Below are positions 21,282 through 28,815 of a DNA stretch of 64,000 nucleotides, one piece after another. The translations under genes and the position numbers were made by a program. Numbering within the stretch: the first letter of the stretch is position 1; each line of letters opens with the position of its first letter. The notes beneath the pieces were generated by a model that saw nothing but the letters and a program-made list of their open reading frames with translations, was not told where the DNA came from and searched no databases. Source of the stretch: Alphaproteobacteria bacterium (GTDB lineage Bacteria; Pseudomonadota; Alphaproteobacteria; JAVJRE01); the NCBI GenBank assembly GCA_040218575.1, contig JAVJRE010000005.1, forward strand, positions 26,419-90,418, in the 5' to 3' direction.

Positions 21282-21580
21282 CCGGGCTTTGAGGGGGATG
21301 CGGAATCCCCGTCGAACGGTTCCGTCTGGGGCGCCCCGTCGCTAGCAAGGGTGATCTTTTCCACCTTGCTGCGCGCCTCTTCCAGCCTGGCCTGGCAATG
21401 GCGCTTCAAAGCCGCGCCCCGTTCGTAGGCGCGGATGGAATCATCCAGCTTCGCTTCGCCGCGCTCCAGCCGGTCAACGATGGTCTCGAGCTCTTTCAGG
21501 GCGTCTTCGAAGGACATGGACTTGATGTCATCCGGCACCGGGCCGGCCTTGCCGGCGGATTTTGTGGCTTTCGCGTTCAC
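21278..21580 (-). CDS. xseB: Exodeoxyribonuclease VII small subunit
   Basis: SFEDALKELETIVDRLERGEAKLDDSIRAYERG. Stop overlaps the ispA start. Confidence 0.85.
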   Translation of the reverse strand: MNAKATKSAGKAGPVPDDIKSMSFEDALKELETIVDRLERGEAKLDDSIRAYERGAALKRHCQARLEEARSKVEKITLASDGAPQTEPFDGDSASPSKPG

Positions 21581-21605
21581 TGCCGTCTCCTGTGTCGGTC
21601 GACCG

Positions 21606-22529
21606 TCAGGCCATGAGAGCCGCTACGTGTGCTGCCGCGCTGGCGGCCAGCGCCGGTAGATTGTAACCACCCTCCAGCGTTGAGACGATGCGGCCGCCGG
21701 CAGATTTCCCGGCCAGGCCAACCAGTTCGGCCGTGATCCATGTGAAGTCCGCCTCCGTCAGGTTGAATTCCGCCAGCGGATCGTCACGATGGCCATCAAA
21801 CCCGGCGGAAATCAGCAGAAACTCCGGCGCGAAATCGGCCACCGCCGGCAGCAGCCTGTCCCTGACCGCCGTGCGCCAGGCAACGGAGCCGGTCCCGGCC
21901 GGCAGGGGCAGATTGACCACATTGCCATCGCCACGGTCGTCTGCGCGACCGGTACCGGGGTAGTGCGGCCACTGGTGAACGGAGGCAAAGAACCACTCCG
22001 GCCGGCCGCGCGCCATGGCCTGGGTTCCATTGCCGTGATGGACATCGAAATCAACGATGGCGACGCGCGTGAGGCGGTGCACCGCCACCAGGTGGGCGGC
22101 CGCCACGGCGATGCTGTTGAACAGGCAGAACCCCATGGCCTGGGCCGGCTCCGCATGGTGGCCGGGCGGCCGCACCGCGCAGAAAGCGCGGGCCGCCTCT
22201 CCCGCCATCACCGCATCCACCGCGGCGACGGCGGCACCGGCCCCGTGCCGGGCGGCCAGCGGCGAGTCCGGACCGGTGATCGTGTCCGCATCGAACGCCC
22301 GCAAGCCGCTTGCCGGCCCACCGTCCAGCACATCCGCCACATGGCGCGGATCATGCACCCGCTCCAGCGCCTCGCGGCTGGCCGCCGGCGCCACCCGGCG
22401 GTCGAGCGCGGCGAAATCCGGCTGATCAAGGCGGGTAAGGACCGCCTCCAGCCGCTCACGGCACTCCGGATGGCCGGGGCCGGGATCGTGCGCCAGGCAG
22501 GCCGGATGGGTAAAAAGCATGACGGTCAT
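21606..22529 (-). CDS. Histone deacetylase-family (arginase/deacetylase fold) amidohydrolase
   Basis: [19 protein letters not shown] and EGGYNL motifs. Start reset to MTVMLFTHP (ATG at 22529). Confidence 0.8.
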   Translation of the reverse strand: MTVMLFTHPACLAHDPGPGHPECRERLEAVLTRLDQPDFAALDRRVAPAASREALERVHDPRHVADVLDGGPASGLRAFDADTITGPDSPLAARHGAGAAVAAVDAVMAGEAARAFCAVRPPGHHAEPAQAMGFCLFNSIAVAAAHLVAVHRLTRVAIVDFDVHHGNGTQAMARGRPEWFFASVHQWPHYPGTGRADDRGDGNVVNLPLPAGTGSVAWRTAVRDRLLPAVADFAPEFLLISAGFDGHRDDPLAEFNLTEADFTWITAELVGLAGKSAGGRIVSTLEGGYNLPALAASAAAHVAALMA

Positions 22530-22841
22530 CGCGGCATGATGGGGCCGGCCCGGGCGCGCCTCAAGCGCGGACGCCAGCAGACCGATGCCGGCAGACCGAT
22601 GGAAGGGCGCGCCGGGCCGGCGGCAGTCAGGAGCGACGCCTGGCCACACTCTGTGACAATCGGCCCGGCTGTCAGTGGAGGCCGGGCGGAACGCAGGGCA
22701 ATTGGCCCGCCATGACCGGCGGTACAGGAATTGGTCCATGGAGTCTGGACCAATCATCCGCCGCCTCGCCTTTCCAAGAGCACCGTCGGTGGGCATGATC
22801 TGCCAAGTTCATGTGGCCGGGAAACGCAGGAGCCTGACGCG

Positions 22842-22961
22842 GTGACCGAGCTCTTGTTTCGCGGTCTCATCGCGGCGGGCCTTGTGGTGCTGATCCTGAC
22901 TGGACTGGGTCTGGCCGGCTGCGAGATCACCATTCCCGTATTCACGGGCAAGACCTACTGA
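22842..22961 (+). CDS. Possible micro-lipoprotein (39 codons, lipobox LAGC, 13-residue mature part)
   Basis: GTG at 22842 lies 9 nt after AGGAG. Translation: VTELLFRGLIAAGLVVLILTGLGLAG|CEITIPVFTGKTY. Prediction rests on signal-peptide logic only. Confidence 0.3.
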   Translation: MTELLFRGLIAAGLVVLILTGLGLAGCEITIPVFTGKTY

Positions 22962-23052
22962 ACCGATCCGGCCCGCAGAGGCCGGCGGCAGACCACAATC
23001 GACAACTGGCCAGGCCGTTTGCGCCCACGCGGCCGACGAGGGAGAGCATGAG

Positions 23053-23652
23053 ATGATCCTTTTCGACACGCTGCGTTCCGGCAACGCCTGGAAAGTGCGC
23101 CTGTTGTTGCGCAACATGGGGCAGGACTTCGAACGCAAGACCCTGGACCTGGCCAAGGGCGACACCAAGACGCCTGAATATCTGGCCATGAGCCCGCGCG
23201 GCCAGGTGCCGGTAATGCAGTTCGATGACGGCACCTATCTGGCCCAGTCGCCAGCCATCCTGGCCCGCATCGCCGAGGGCACGACATATTTTCCGGCCGA
23301 CCCGGTGACCCGCAACAAGATTCTGGAGTGGATGTTCTTTGAACAGTGCGACCTGCTGAAGCCGCTGGCCATTCCCCGCTTCATCGTCGCTCTGGCTGGC
23401 CAGGGCGAAGAAAAGGCCGATGTGGTGAAACAATTCCAGGACCAGGGCTATCCCATGCTGGCCATAATGGAAAAGCGTCTGGCGAAAAGCGATTTCCTGG
23501 TGAATGGCTATTCGATCGCCGACATCAATCTCTACCCCTATACCAGCATGGCGCATCTGGGGAATTACGACATGGACCGCTTTCCGGCCATTCAAGCCTG
23601 GATCAAGCGGGTCGAATCACAGCCGGGCTGGGTGCCGTTGATCGAAGAGTAG
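23053..23652 (+). CDS. Glutathione S-transferase family protein
   Basis: 199 aa. Thioredoxin-like N-domain (SGNAWKVRLLL..., GQVPVMQFDDGTYLAQSPAIL) followed by a helical C-domain. Confidence 0.75.
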   Translation: MILFDTLRSGNAWKVRLLLRNMGQDFERKTLDLAKGDTKTPEYLAMSPRGQVPVMQFDDGTYLAQSPAILARIAEGTTYFPADPVTRNKILEWMFFEQCDLLKPLAIPRFIVALAGQGEEKADVVKQFQDQGYPMLAIMEKRLAKSDFLVNGYSIADINLYPYTSMAHLGNYDMDRFPAIQAWIKRVESQPGWVPLIEE

Positions 23653-23692
23653 ATCACGCGCAGACACCCCCGGACGCCCAAAACAGGAGAAC

Positions 23693-25351
23693 ATGACCAT
23701 GGCTGCCACGCGTACGCTTCGCCGCCCCAACGTCAATATCAAGGCCACCACCGGCACCCAGTTGCGCTGCAAGAGCTGGCGGGCGGAGTCCATCCTCCGC
23801 ATGCTGGAGAACAATCTGGAGAATGGCGAGAATCCGGACGAGCTGGTGATCTATGCCGGCCGGGCCAAGGCAGCGCGGGACTGGGAAAGCTATGACCAGA
23901 TCGTCGCCGCGCTGAAAATACTGGAAGAAGACCAGACCCTGGTCATGCAGTCGGGCAAGCCGCTTGGCGTCTTCCGCACCCAGAAGTCCATGCCCATGGT
24001 GATCATGGCGTCGGGCGGTGTGGTCGGCGCCACCAACCGCGACCCCATTCACCAGGAACTGGAAGAAAAAGGCCTGACCATCATGCCCGGCATGACGGCG
24101 GCCGCATGGCAGTACATCGGCAGCCAGGGCATCCTGCAGGGCACCTACGAGACCTTCATGGCGGCGGCGCGGGAGAACTTCGGCGGGACGCTGGAAGGCC
24201 GCATGGTGCTGACCGCCGGCTGCGGCGGCATGGGCGGCGCCCAGCCGCTGGCCGGCAAGCTGGCCGGTGCGGCGACTCTGGTTCTGGACGTGGATGAAGA
24301 CCGCATTCAGCGGCGCATCGACTCCGGCTATTGCGACGTCATGACCCACGACCTGGACGAAGCCCTGAAGTGGATCGACGAAGCCAAGAAGGCGCGCAAG
24401 GGCAAGTCGGTGGGCCTGGTGGCCAATGTGGGTGATATCTATCCGATCCTGCTGGACCGCAACATCATTCCTGAGATCGTCACCGACCAGACCACCGTAC
24501 GACCGGGCCGCGGCTACGTCCCGCAGGGCATGACCTCGGACGAGGCCTACGCCATGTTCGACACGGACCGGGAACAGGTGGTGCGGCGGGGCCACGCCAC
24601 CATCAAGATCCATGCCCAGTGCATGATGGAGTTCGAGAAGCGGGGATCAATCGTCTTTGAGTATGGCAACGGTCTGCGCCTGGAGGCGGAAGCCGCCGGC
24701 TATCCCGAGGCCCGCAAGATGCGCGGCTTCATCGAGCGCTATGTGCGGACGCTGTTCGAAGAGGGCAAGGGCCCGTCGCGCTGGCTCGCCATCTCCGGCG
24801 ACCCGCACGACATCGAAGTGGTTGACGACATCATCGAGGCCAACTGGTCGGACAACAGCTCCATCGTCCAGTGGATCCGCCAGGCCCGCGAGCACGTGCA
24901 CTTCACCGGCCTGCCGGCGCGTATCGGCTGGCTCGGCTATGGCGAGCGCGCCAAACTGGCCAAGCTGGTGAATCAGGCGGTGAAAGAGGGCAAGACCAAG
25001 GGCCCCATCGCCTTCACCCGCGACCATCTGGACTCCGGCTCCACCGCCATCCCCTTCCGCGAGAACGAGAAGATGATGGATGGCTCCGACCGTATCGCCG
25101 ACTGGCCGATCCTGAACGGACTCATCAACGCCTGTTCCGGCGCCGACGTGATTGCCATTCACGGTATCGGCTCGGCCGGTCAGACCACGGTGGCCGACGG
25201 CAGCGATGATGCCGGCGAGCGGCTGGAGCGGGTGATGACCACCGACACCGGCATCGGCGTCCTGCGCCATGCGGAAGCCGGCTATGAGACCTCCAAGAAA
25301 CTGGCCAATGAGTCTGGCCTGGCGGCGTCTGTCGCCGGCCGCAAATACTAA
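23693..25351 (+). CDS. Urocanate hydratase-family protein, divergent paralog 1
   Basis: 552 aa. WRAESILRMLENNL, QSGKPLGVFRT, GMTAAAWQYIGSQGILQGTYETF, GCGGMGGAQPLA (NAD site), TRDHLDSGS and GVLRHAEAGY match the urocanase fold. Several loops differ from canonical HutU as I remember it. Confidence 0.85.
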   Translation: MTMAATRTLRRPNVNIKATTGTQLRCKSWRAESILRMLENNLENGENPDELVIYAGRAKAARDWESYDQIVAALKILEEDQTLVMQSGKPLGVFRTQKSMPMVIMASGGVVGATNRDPIHQELEEKGLTIMPGMTAAAWQYIGSQGILQGTYETFMAAARENFGGTLEGRMVLTAGCGGMGGAQPLAGKLAGAATLVLDVDEDRIQRRIDSGYCDVMTHDLDEALKWIDEAKKARKGKSVGLVANVGDIYPILLDRNIIPEIVTDQTTVRPGRGYVPQGMTSDEAYAMFDTDREQVVRRGHATIKIHAQCMMEFEKRGSIVFEYGNGLRLEAEAAGYPEARKMRGFIERYVRTLFEEGKGPSRWLAISGDPHDIEVVDDIIEANWSDNSSIVQWIRQAREHVHFTGLPARIGWLGYGERAKLAKLVNQAVKEGKTKGPIAFTRDHLDSGSTAIPFRENEKMMDGSDRIADWPILNGLINACSGADVIAIHGIGSAGQTTVADGSDDAGERLERVMTTDTGIGVLRHAEAGYETSKKLANESGLAASVAGRKY

Positions 25352-25414
25352 CATCAGAGCCTTTGACAAGACTCCCGGGGAAACTGGGAACCACAACAGA
25401 CAGGAGGGCGGACC

Positions 25415-27064
25415 ATGGCGGTCGGCACGCTGAAACGTAAGAACGTCAGTATCAAAGCCACCACCGGCACTCAGTTGCGCTGCAAGAACTGGCGGGCGGA
25501 GTCCATTCTCCGCATGCTGGAGAACAATCTGGAGAATGGCGAGAATCCGGACGAGCTGGTGATCTATGCCGGCCGGGCCAAGGCGGCGCGGGACTGGGAA
25601 AGCTATGATCAGATCGTCGCTACCCTGAAGTCGCTGGACGAAGACCAGACCCTCATCATGCAGTCGGGCAAGCCGATCGGTGTCTTCCGCACCCAGAAGA
25701 CTGCGCCCATGGTGGTCATGGGCAATGGCAACGTCGTTGGTATGGACTTCGGCGATCCGATCCGTCAGGAGCTGGAGGATAAGGGCCTGACCATCATGCC
25801 CGGCATGACGGCGGCCGCATGGCAGTACATCGGCAGCCAGGGCATTCTGCAGGGCACCTACGAGACCTTCATGGCGGCGGCGCGGGAGAACTTCGGCGGG
25901 ACGCTGGAAGGCCGCATGGTGCTGACCGCCGGCTGCGGCGGCATGGGCGGCGCCCAGCCGCTGGCCGGCAAGCTGGCCGGTGCGGCAACTCTGGTGCTGG
26001 ACGTGGACGAGAAGCGCATTCAGCGGCGCATCGACTCCGGCTATTGCGACGTCATGACTCATGATCTGGACGAAGCGCTCAAACTGATCGACGAAGCCAA
26101 GAAGGCGCGCAAGGGCAAGTCGGTGGGCCTGGTGGCCAATGTGGGTGACATCTACCCGATCCTGCTGGAGCGCAACATCACACCGGACATCGTCACCGAC
26201 CAGACCACAGTGTGGGCCGGTCGCGGTTATGTCCCCCAGGGCATGACCTCGGACGAGGCCGTGGAAATGTTCCGCACCAACCGCGAGGAAGTCATCAAAC
26301 GCGGCCATGCGACCATCAAGATCCATGCCCAGTGCATGATGGAGTTCGAGAAGCGGGGATCAATCGTCTTCGAATATGGCAACGGCCTGCGCCTGGAGGC
26401 GGAAAAGGCGGGTTATCCCGAAGCCCGCCAGATGCGCGGCTTCATCGAGCGCTATGTGCGGACCTTGTTCGAGGAGGGCAAAGGTCCGTCGCGCTGGCTG
26501 GCCATCTCCGGCGACCCGCACGACATCGAGGTAATTGACGACATCATCGAGGCCAACTGGTCGGACAACAGTTCCATCGTCCAGTGGATCCGCCAGGCCC
26601 GCGAGCATGTGCACTTCACCGGTCTGCCAGCGCGTATCGGCTGGCTTGGCTATGGTGACCGGGCCAAGCTGGCCAAGCTGGTGAATCAGGCGGTGAAAGA
26701 GGGCAAGACCAAGGGTCCCATCGCCTTCACCCGCGACCACCTGGACTCCGGCTCCACCGCCATCCCCTTCCGCGAGAACGAGAAGATGAAGGACGGCTCC
26801 GACCGCATCGGTGACTGGCCGATCATCAACGCCCTGCTGAACACCTGCTCCGGCGCCGACGTGATTGCCGTCCACTCCGGCATGAGCGCCGGCCAAACCA
26901 CCGTGGCCGATGGCAGCGACTCGGCCAGCGAAAGGCTGGAAGCGGTGATGAACGCGGACACCGGCATCGGCGTCCTGCGCCATGCGGAAGCCGGCTATGA
27001 GACGTCGATGGATCTGGCCAATTCGACCGGCCTGGCAGCGACCATCCCGGACCGCAAATACTAG
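25415..27064 (+). CDS. Urocanate hydratase-family protein, divergent paralog 2
   Basis: 549 aa, collinear with paralog 1 (about 88% identical by manual alignment). AGGAGG lies upstream of the ATG at 25415. Confidence 0.85.
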   Translation: MAVGTLKRKNVSIKATTGTQLRCKNWRAESILRMLENNLENGENPDELVIYAGRAKAARDWESYDQIVATLKSLDEDQTLIMQSGKPIGVFRTQKTAPMVVMGNGNVVGMDFGDPIRQELEDKGLTIMPGMTAAAWQYIGSQGILQGTYETFMAAARENFGGTLEGRMVLTAGCGGMGGAQPLAGKLAGAATLVLDVDEKRIQRRIDSGYCDVMTHDLDEALKLIDEAKKARKGKSVGLVANVGDIYPILLERNITPDIVTDQTTVWAGRGYVPQGMTSDEAVEMFRTNREEVIKRGHATIKIHAQCMMEFEKRGSIVFEYGNGLRLEAEKAGYPEARQMRGFIERYVRTLFEEGKGPSRWLAISGDPHDIEVIDDIIEANWSDNSSIVQWIRQAREHVHFTGLPARIGWLGYGDRAKLAKLVNQAVKEGKTKGPIAFTRDHLDSGSTAIPFRENEKMKDGSDRIGDWPIINALLNTCSGADVIAVHSGMSAGQTTVADGSDSASERLEAVMNADTGIGVLRHAEAGYETSMDLANSTGLAATIPDRKY

Positions 27065-27087
27065 AGTCAGACGGGCTTAGCGAAGAC

Positions 27088-27117
27088 GGGCGCCGGAACA
27101 CCACCGGCGCCCTTTTT
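27088..27117 (+). terminator. Rho-independent terminator after urocanase paralog 2
   Basis: GGGCGCCGG-aacacca-CCGGCGCCC followed by TTTTT. Confidence 0.8.
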
Positions 27118-27130
27118 CGTTGCTATTTAA

Positions 27131-27145
27131 TAGGCGACCGGTCTA
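27131..27145. promoter_or_regulatory. Candidate TetR operator 1 (TAGGCGACCGGTCTA)
   Basis: 11 nt upstream of the tetR-family ATG. Matches site 2 at 13 of 15 positions, and the shared flank continues as (C/T)TTTT. Confidence 0.45.
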
Positions 27146-27155
27146 CTTTTTCCTG

Positions 27156-27740
27156 ATGGCAGGACAAGATACCCGTATGCGACTGATCGAAGCCGGCGCC
27201 CAGTTGATCTGGGCCCAGGGCTTCCACGCTACCGGACTGGCTGAAATCCTCGCGGCAGCCGAAGTTCCCAAGGGCAGTTTCTACCATTTCTTCGCGGACA
27301 AGGCCGCCTTTGGCCTGGCGGTTATTGACTGGTTTGCCGCAGAGCGCCTGACTGATCTGCAGGACGCCCTGGCCCGTGACGATCTGAAACCGCTTGACCG
27401 CCTGCGGGCCTATTACCAGGACAGCCACCGCACTCAGATGGCGCTCGGCCCGGAGAATGGCAGCCCCCTTGGGAATCTGGCCCTGGAGCTGGGGCGGCCC
27501 GGCAATCCCTTCGCCGCCGCCATCACCATCGCCTTGCAGCGCGAGCAGACTCTTGTCATGCACTGCCTGGCAGAGGCAAAGGACAGCGGCCAGTTGCCGG
27601 CCGGGGTCGAACCGGAAGGAACCGCCCGCTATCTTCAGGCGGCCTGGGAGGGCGCGGTGCTGCAGATGAAAGTGACCGGCGGCGCAGAACCCCTGGATGC
27701 TTTTCTGGCACTAAGCTTCGGCCGCCTGTTACAGTCTTGA
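27156..27740 (+). CDS. TetR/AcrR-family transcriptional regulator
   Basis: N-terminal HTH: RLIEAGAQLIWAQGFHATGLAEILAAAEVPKGSFYHFFADK. Confidence 0.85.
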   Translation: MAGQDTRMRLIEAGAQLIWAQGFHATGLAEILAAAEVPKGSFYHFFADKAAFGLAVIDWFAAERLTDLQDALARDDLKPLDRLRAYYQDSHRTQMALGPENGSPLGNLALELGRPGNPFAAAITIALQREQTLVMHCLAEAKDSGQLPAGVEPEGTARYLQAAWEGAVLQMKVTGGAEPLDAFLALSFGRLLQS

Positions 27741-27748
27741 AGCATAAC

Positions 27749-27763
27749 TAGACGACTGGTCTA
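27749..27763. promoter_or_regulatory. Candidate TetR operator 2 (TAGACGACTGGTCTA, near-perfect palindrome)
   Basis: 6 of 7 arm positions pair around a central C. Lies between the tetR stop and the ABM gene ATG at 27782. Confidence 0.45.
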
Positions 27764-27781
27764 TTTTCAATGGAGAGTTCT

Positions 27782-28069
27782 ATGAGCCGCATCGCCCTTG
27801 TTGTCACCGTGGATGTCGCAGACGGTCAGCGTGACGCGCTGCTGGACATCCTGCGCCATCATGCGGCACGCAGCCTGTCGCTGGAGACCGGCTGCCTGCA
27901 GTTCGACATTCTGCTGCCGGAGGACAAGCCCGGCCGTATCATGATCTTCGAGTTGTACCGCAACCCCGCCGCCCTGGAGGCACACCGCGCCTCCGAACAC
28001 CTGAAGCGCTGGCGGACGGAATCAGCCAGCATTCCGCACACCATCGACGTGGTGGTCTGCCAGGCGTGA
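27782..28069 (+). CDS. Antibiotic-biosynthesis-monooxygenase (ABM, ferredoxin-like) family protein
   Basis: 95 aa: RIALVVTVDV...CLQFDILLPEDKPGRIMIFELYRNPAALEAHRASEHL. GGAGAG precedes the ATG at 27782. Confidence 0.7.
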   Translation: MSRIALVVTVDVADGQRDALLDILRHHAARSLSLETGCLQFDILLPEDKPGRIMIFELYRNPAALEAHRASEHLKRWRTESASIPHTIDVVVCQA

Positions 28070-28791
28070 CTTCCGGGCACAGTGGCGGCGACGGCGGCGC
28101 GCCAGATGGCGGCGGATGCGACCGGTGCGACGGTCGGCGCGGAGACCAGGGCGGCGGTTCGGACCATAGTCCCCGACCAACGCGGAACTGGGCGGCATAC
28201 TATGCCGGGCGCGGCCTGCGCCCGCCCCATGACACAGTGTGCTTTGTCCTAGACCAGGCAGCCGCCCCGCAGGGCAAGCGAACGGCCGCACAGGACGCGC
28301 CGCTGGCGATGGACCTCGGCTGTGGGGCCGGGCGCGACAGCCTGGCCCTGCTGGCCGCCGGCTGGCGTGTCATCGCCATTGACCGCCAGCGCGAGGCCAT
28401 GGCTGAGCTGGAGCGCCGCGTACCGCCGGCGCTTCGCCACCGCCTGGAGCCGCGAACGGGCGACATTCGGACCGAACCATGGGGCAGCGCTGATCTGGTG
28501 GTGGCCAGCTTTGTCCTGCACACCCTGGCGCCGCCCGACTTTCGGGCTCTGTGGGCGACCATTCCGGCAAGCCTGCGTCCGCGCGGCCGTTTTGCCGGAC
28601 ATTTCATCGGTAAGCACGACACCTGGGCGGGACGTGATGACATGTCCACCTTCAGCCGGGACGATCTGCACCACCTGCTGAACGGGCTCGAGGTCGAGTT
28701 TTGGGCCGAACGGGAGAATGACGGCGAGACGGCAACCGGCCGCGCCAAGCACTGGCATGTCCACCACATCGTTGCCCGGCGCACCGCCTGA
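28066..28791 (+). CDS. Class I SAM-dependent methyltransferase (TehB-like), Gly/Asp-rich N-terminus
   Basis: Motif I is AMDLGCGAGRDSLALLAAGWRVIAIDRQ. GTG at 28066 overlaps the ABM stop (GTGA). The exact start is uncertain. Confidence 0.65.
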   Translation: MTSGHSGGDGGAPDGGGCDRCDGRRGDQGGGSDHSPRPTRNWAAYYAGRGLRPPHDTVCFVLDQAAAPQGKRTAAQDAPLAMDLGCGAGRDSLALLAAGWRVIAIDRQREAMAELERRVPPALRHRLEPRTGDIRTEPWGSADLVVASFVLHTLAPPDFRALWATIPASLRPRGRFAGHFIGKHDTWAGRDDMSTFSRDDLHHLLNGLEVEFWAERENDGETATGRAKHWHVHHIVARRTA

Positions 28792-28815
28792 CCGCGACGG
28801 CGCATCGGCGAGCCG

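Larger units (their letters stand above)
23693..27064 (+). repeat. Tandem direct gene duplication, period about 1722 bp (1713 bp after a 9-nt N-terminal indel)
   Basis: For example, 24071-24270 and 25784-25983 differ at only a couple of positions. 24601-24690 and 26314-26403 are also near-identical. Divergent patches lie between these blocks. Confidence 0.9.

Noticed and set aside
18286-21428. Plus-strand ORFs (363 and 379 aa) opposite dxs and ispA
   Set aside because: They are antisense to highly conserved isoprenoid genes.
23654-26326. Long minus-strand ORFs (319 and 559 aa) antisense to the two urocanase-like genes
   Set aside because: They are typical GC-rich antisense shadows. The sequence is low-complexity and rich in Arg/Gly/Ala/His with no recognisable motifs. 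They duplicate only because the sense genes duplicate, and the plus-strand translations carry clear family motifs.
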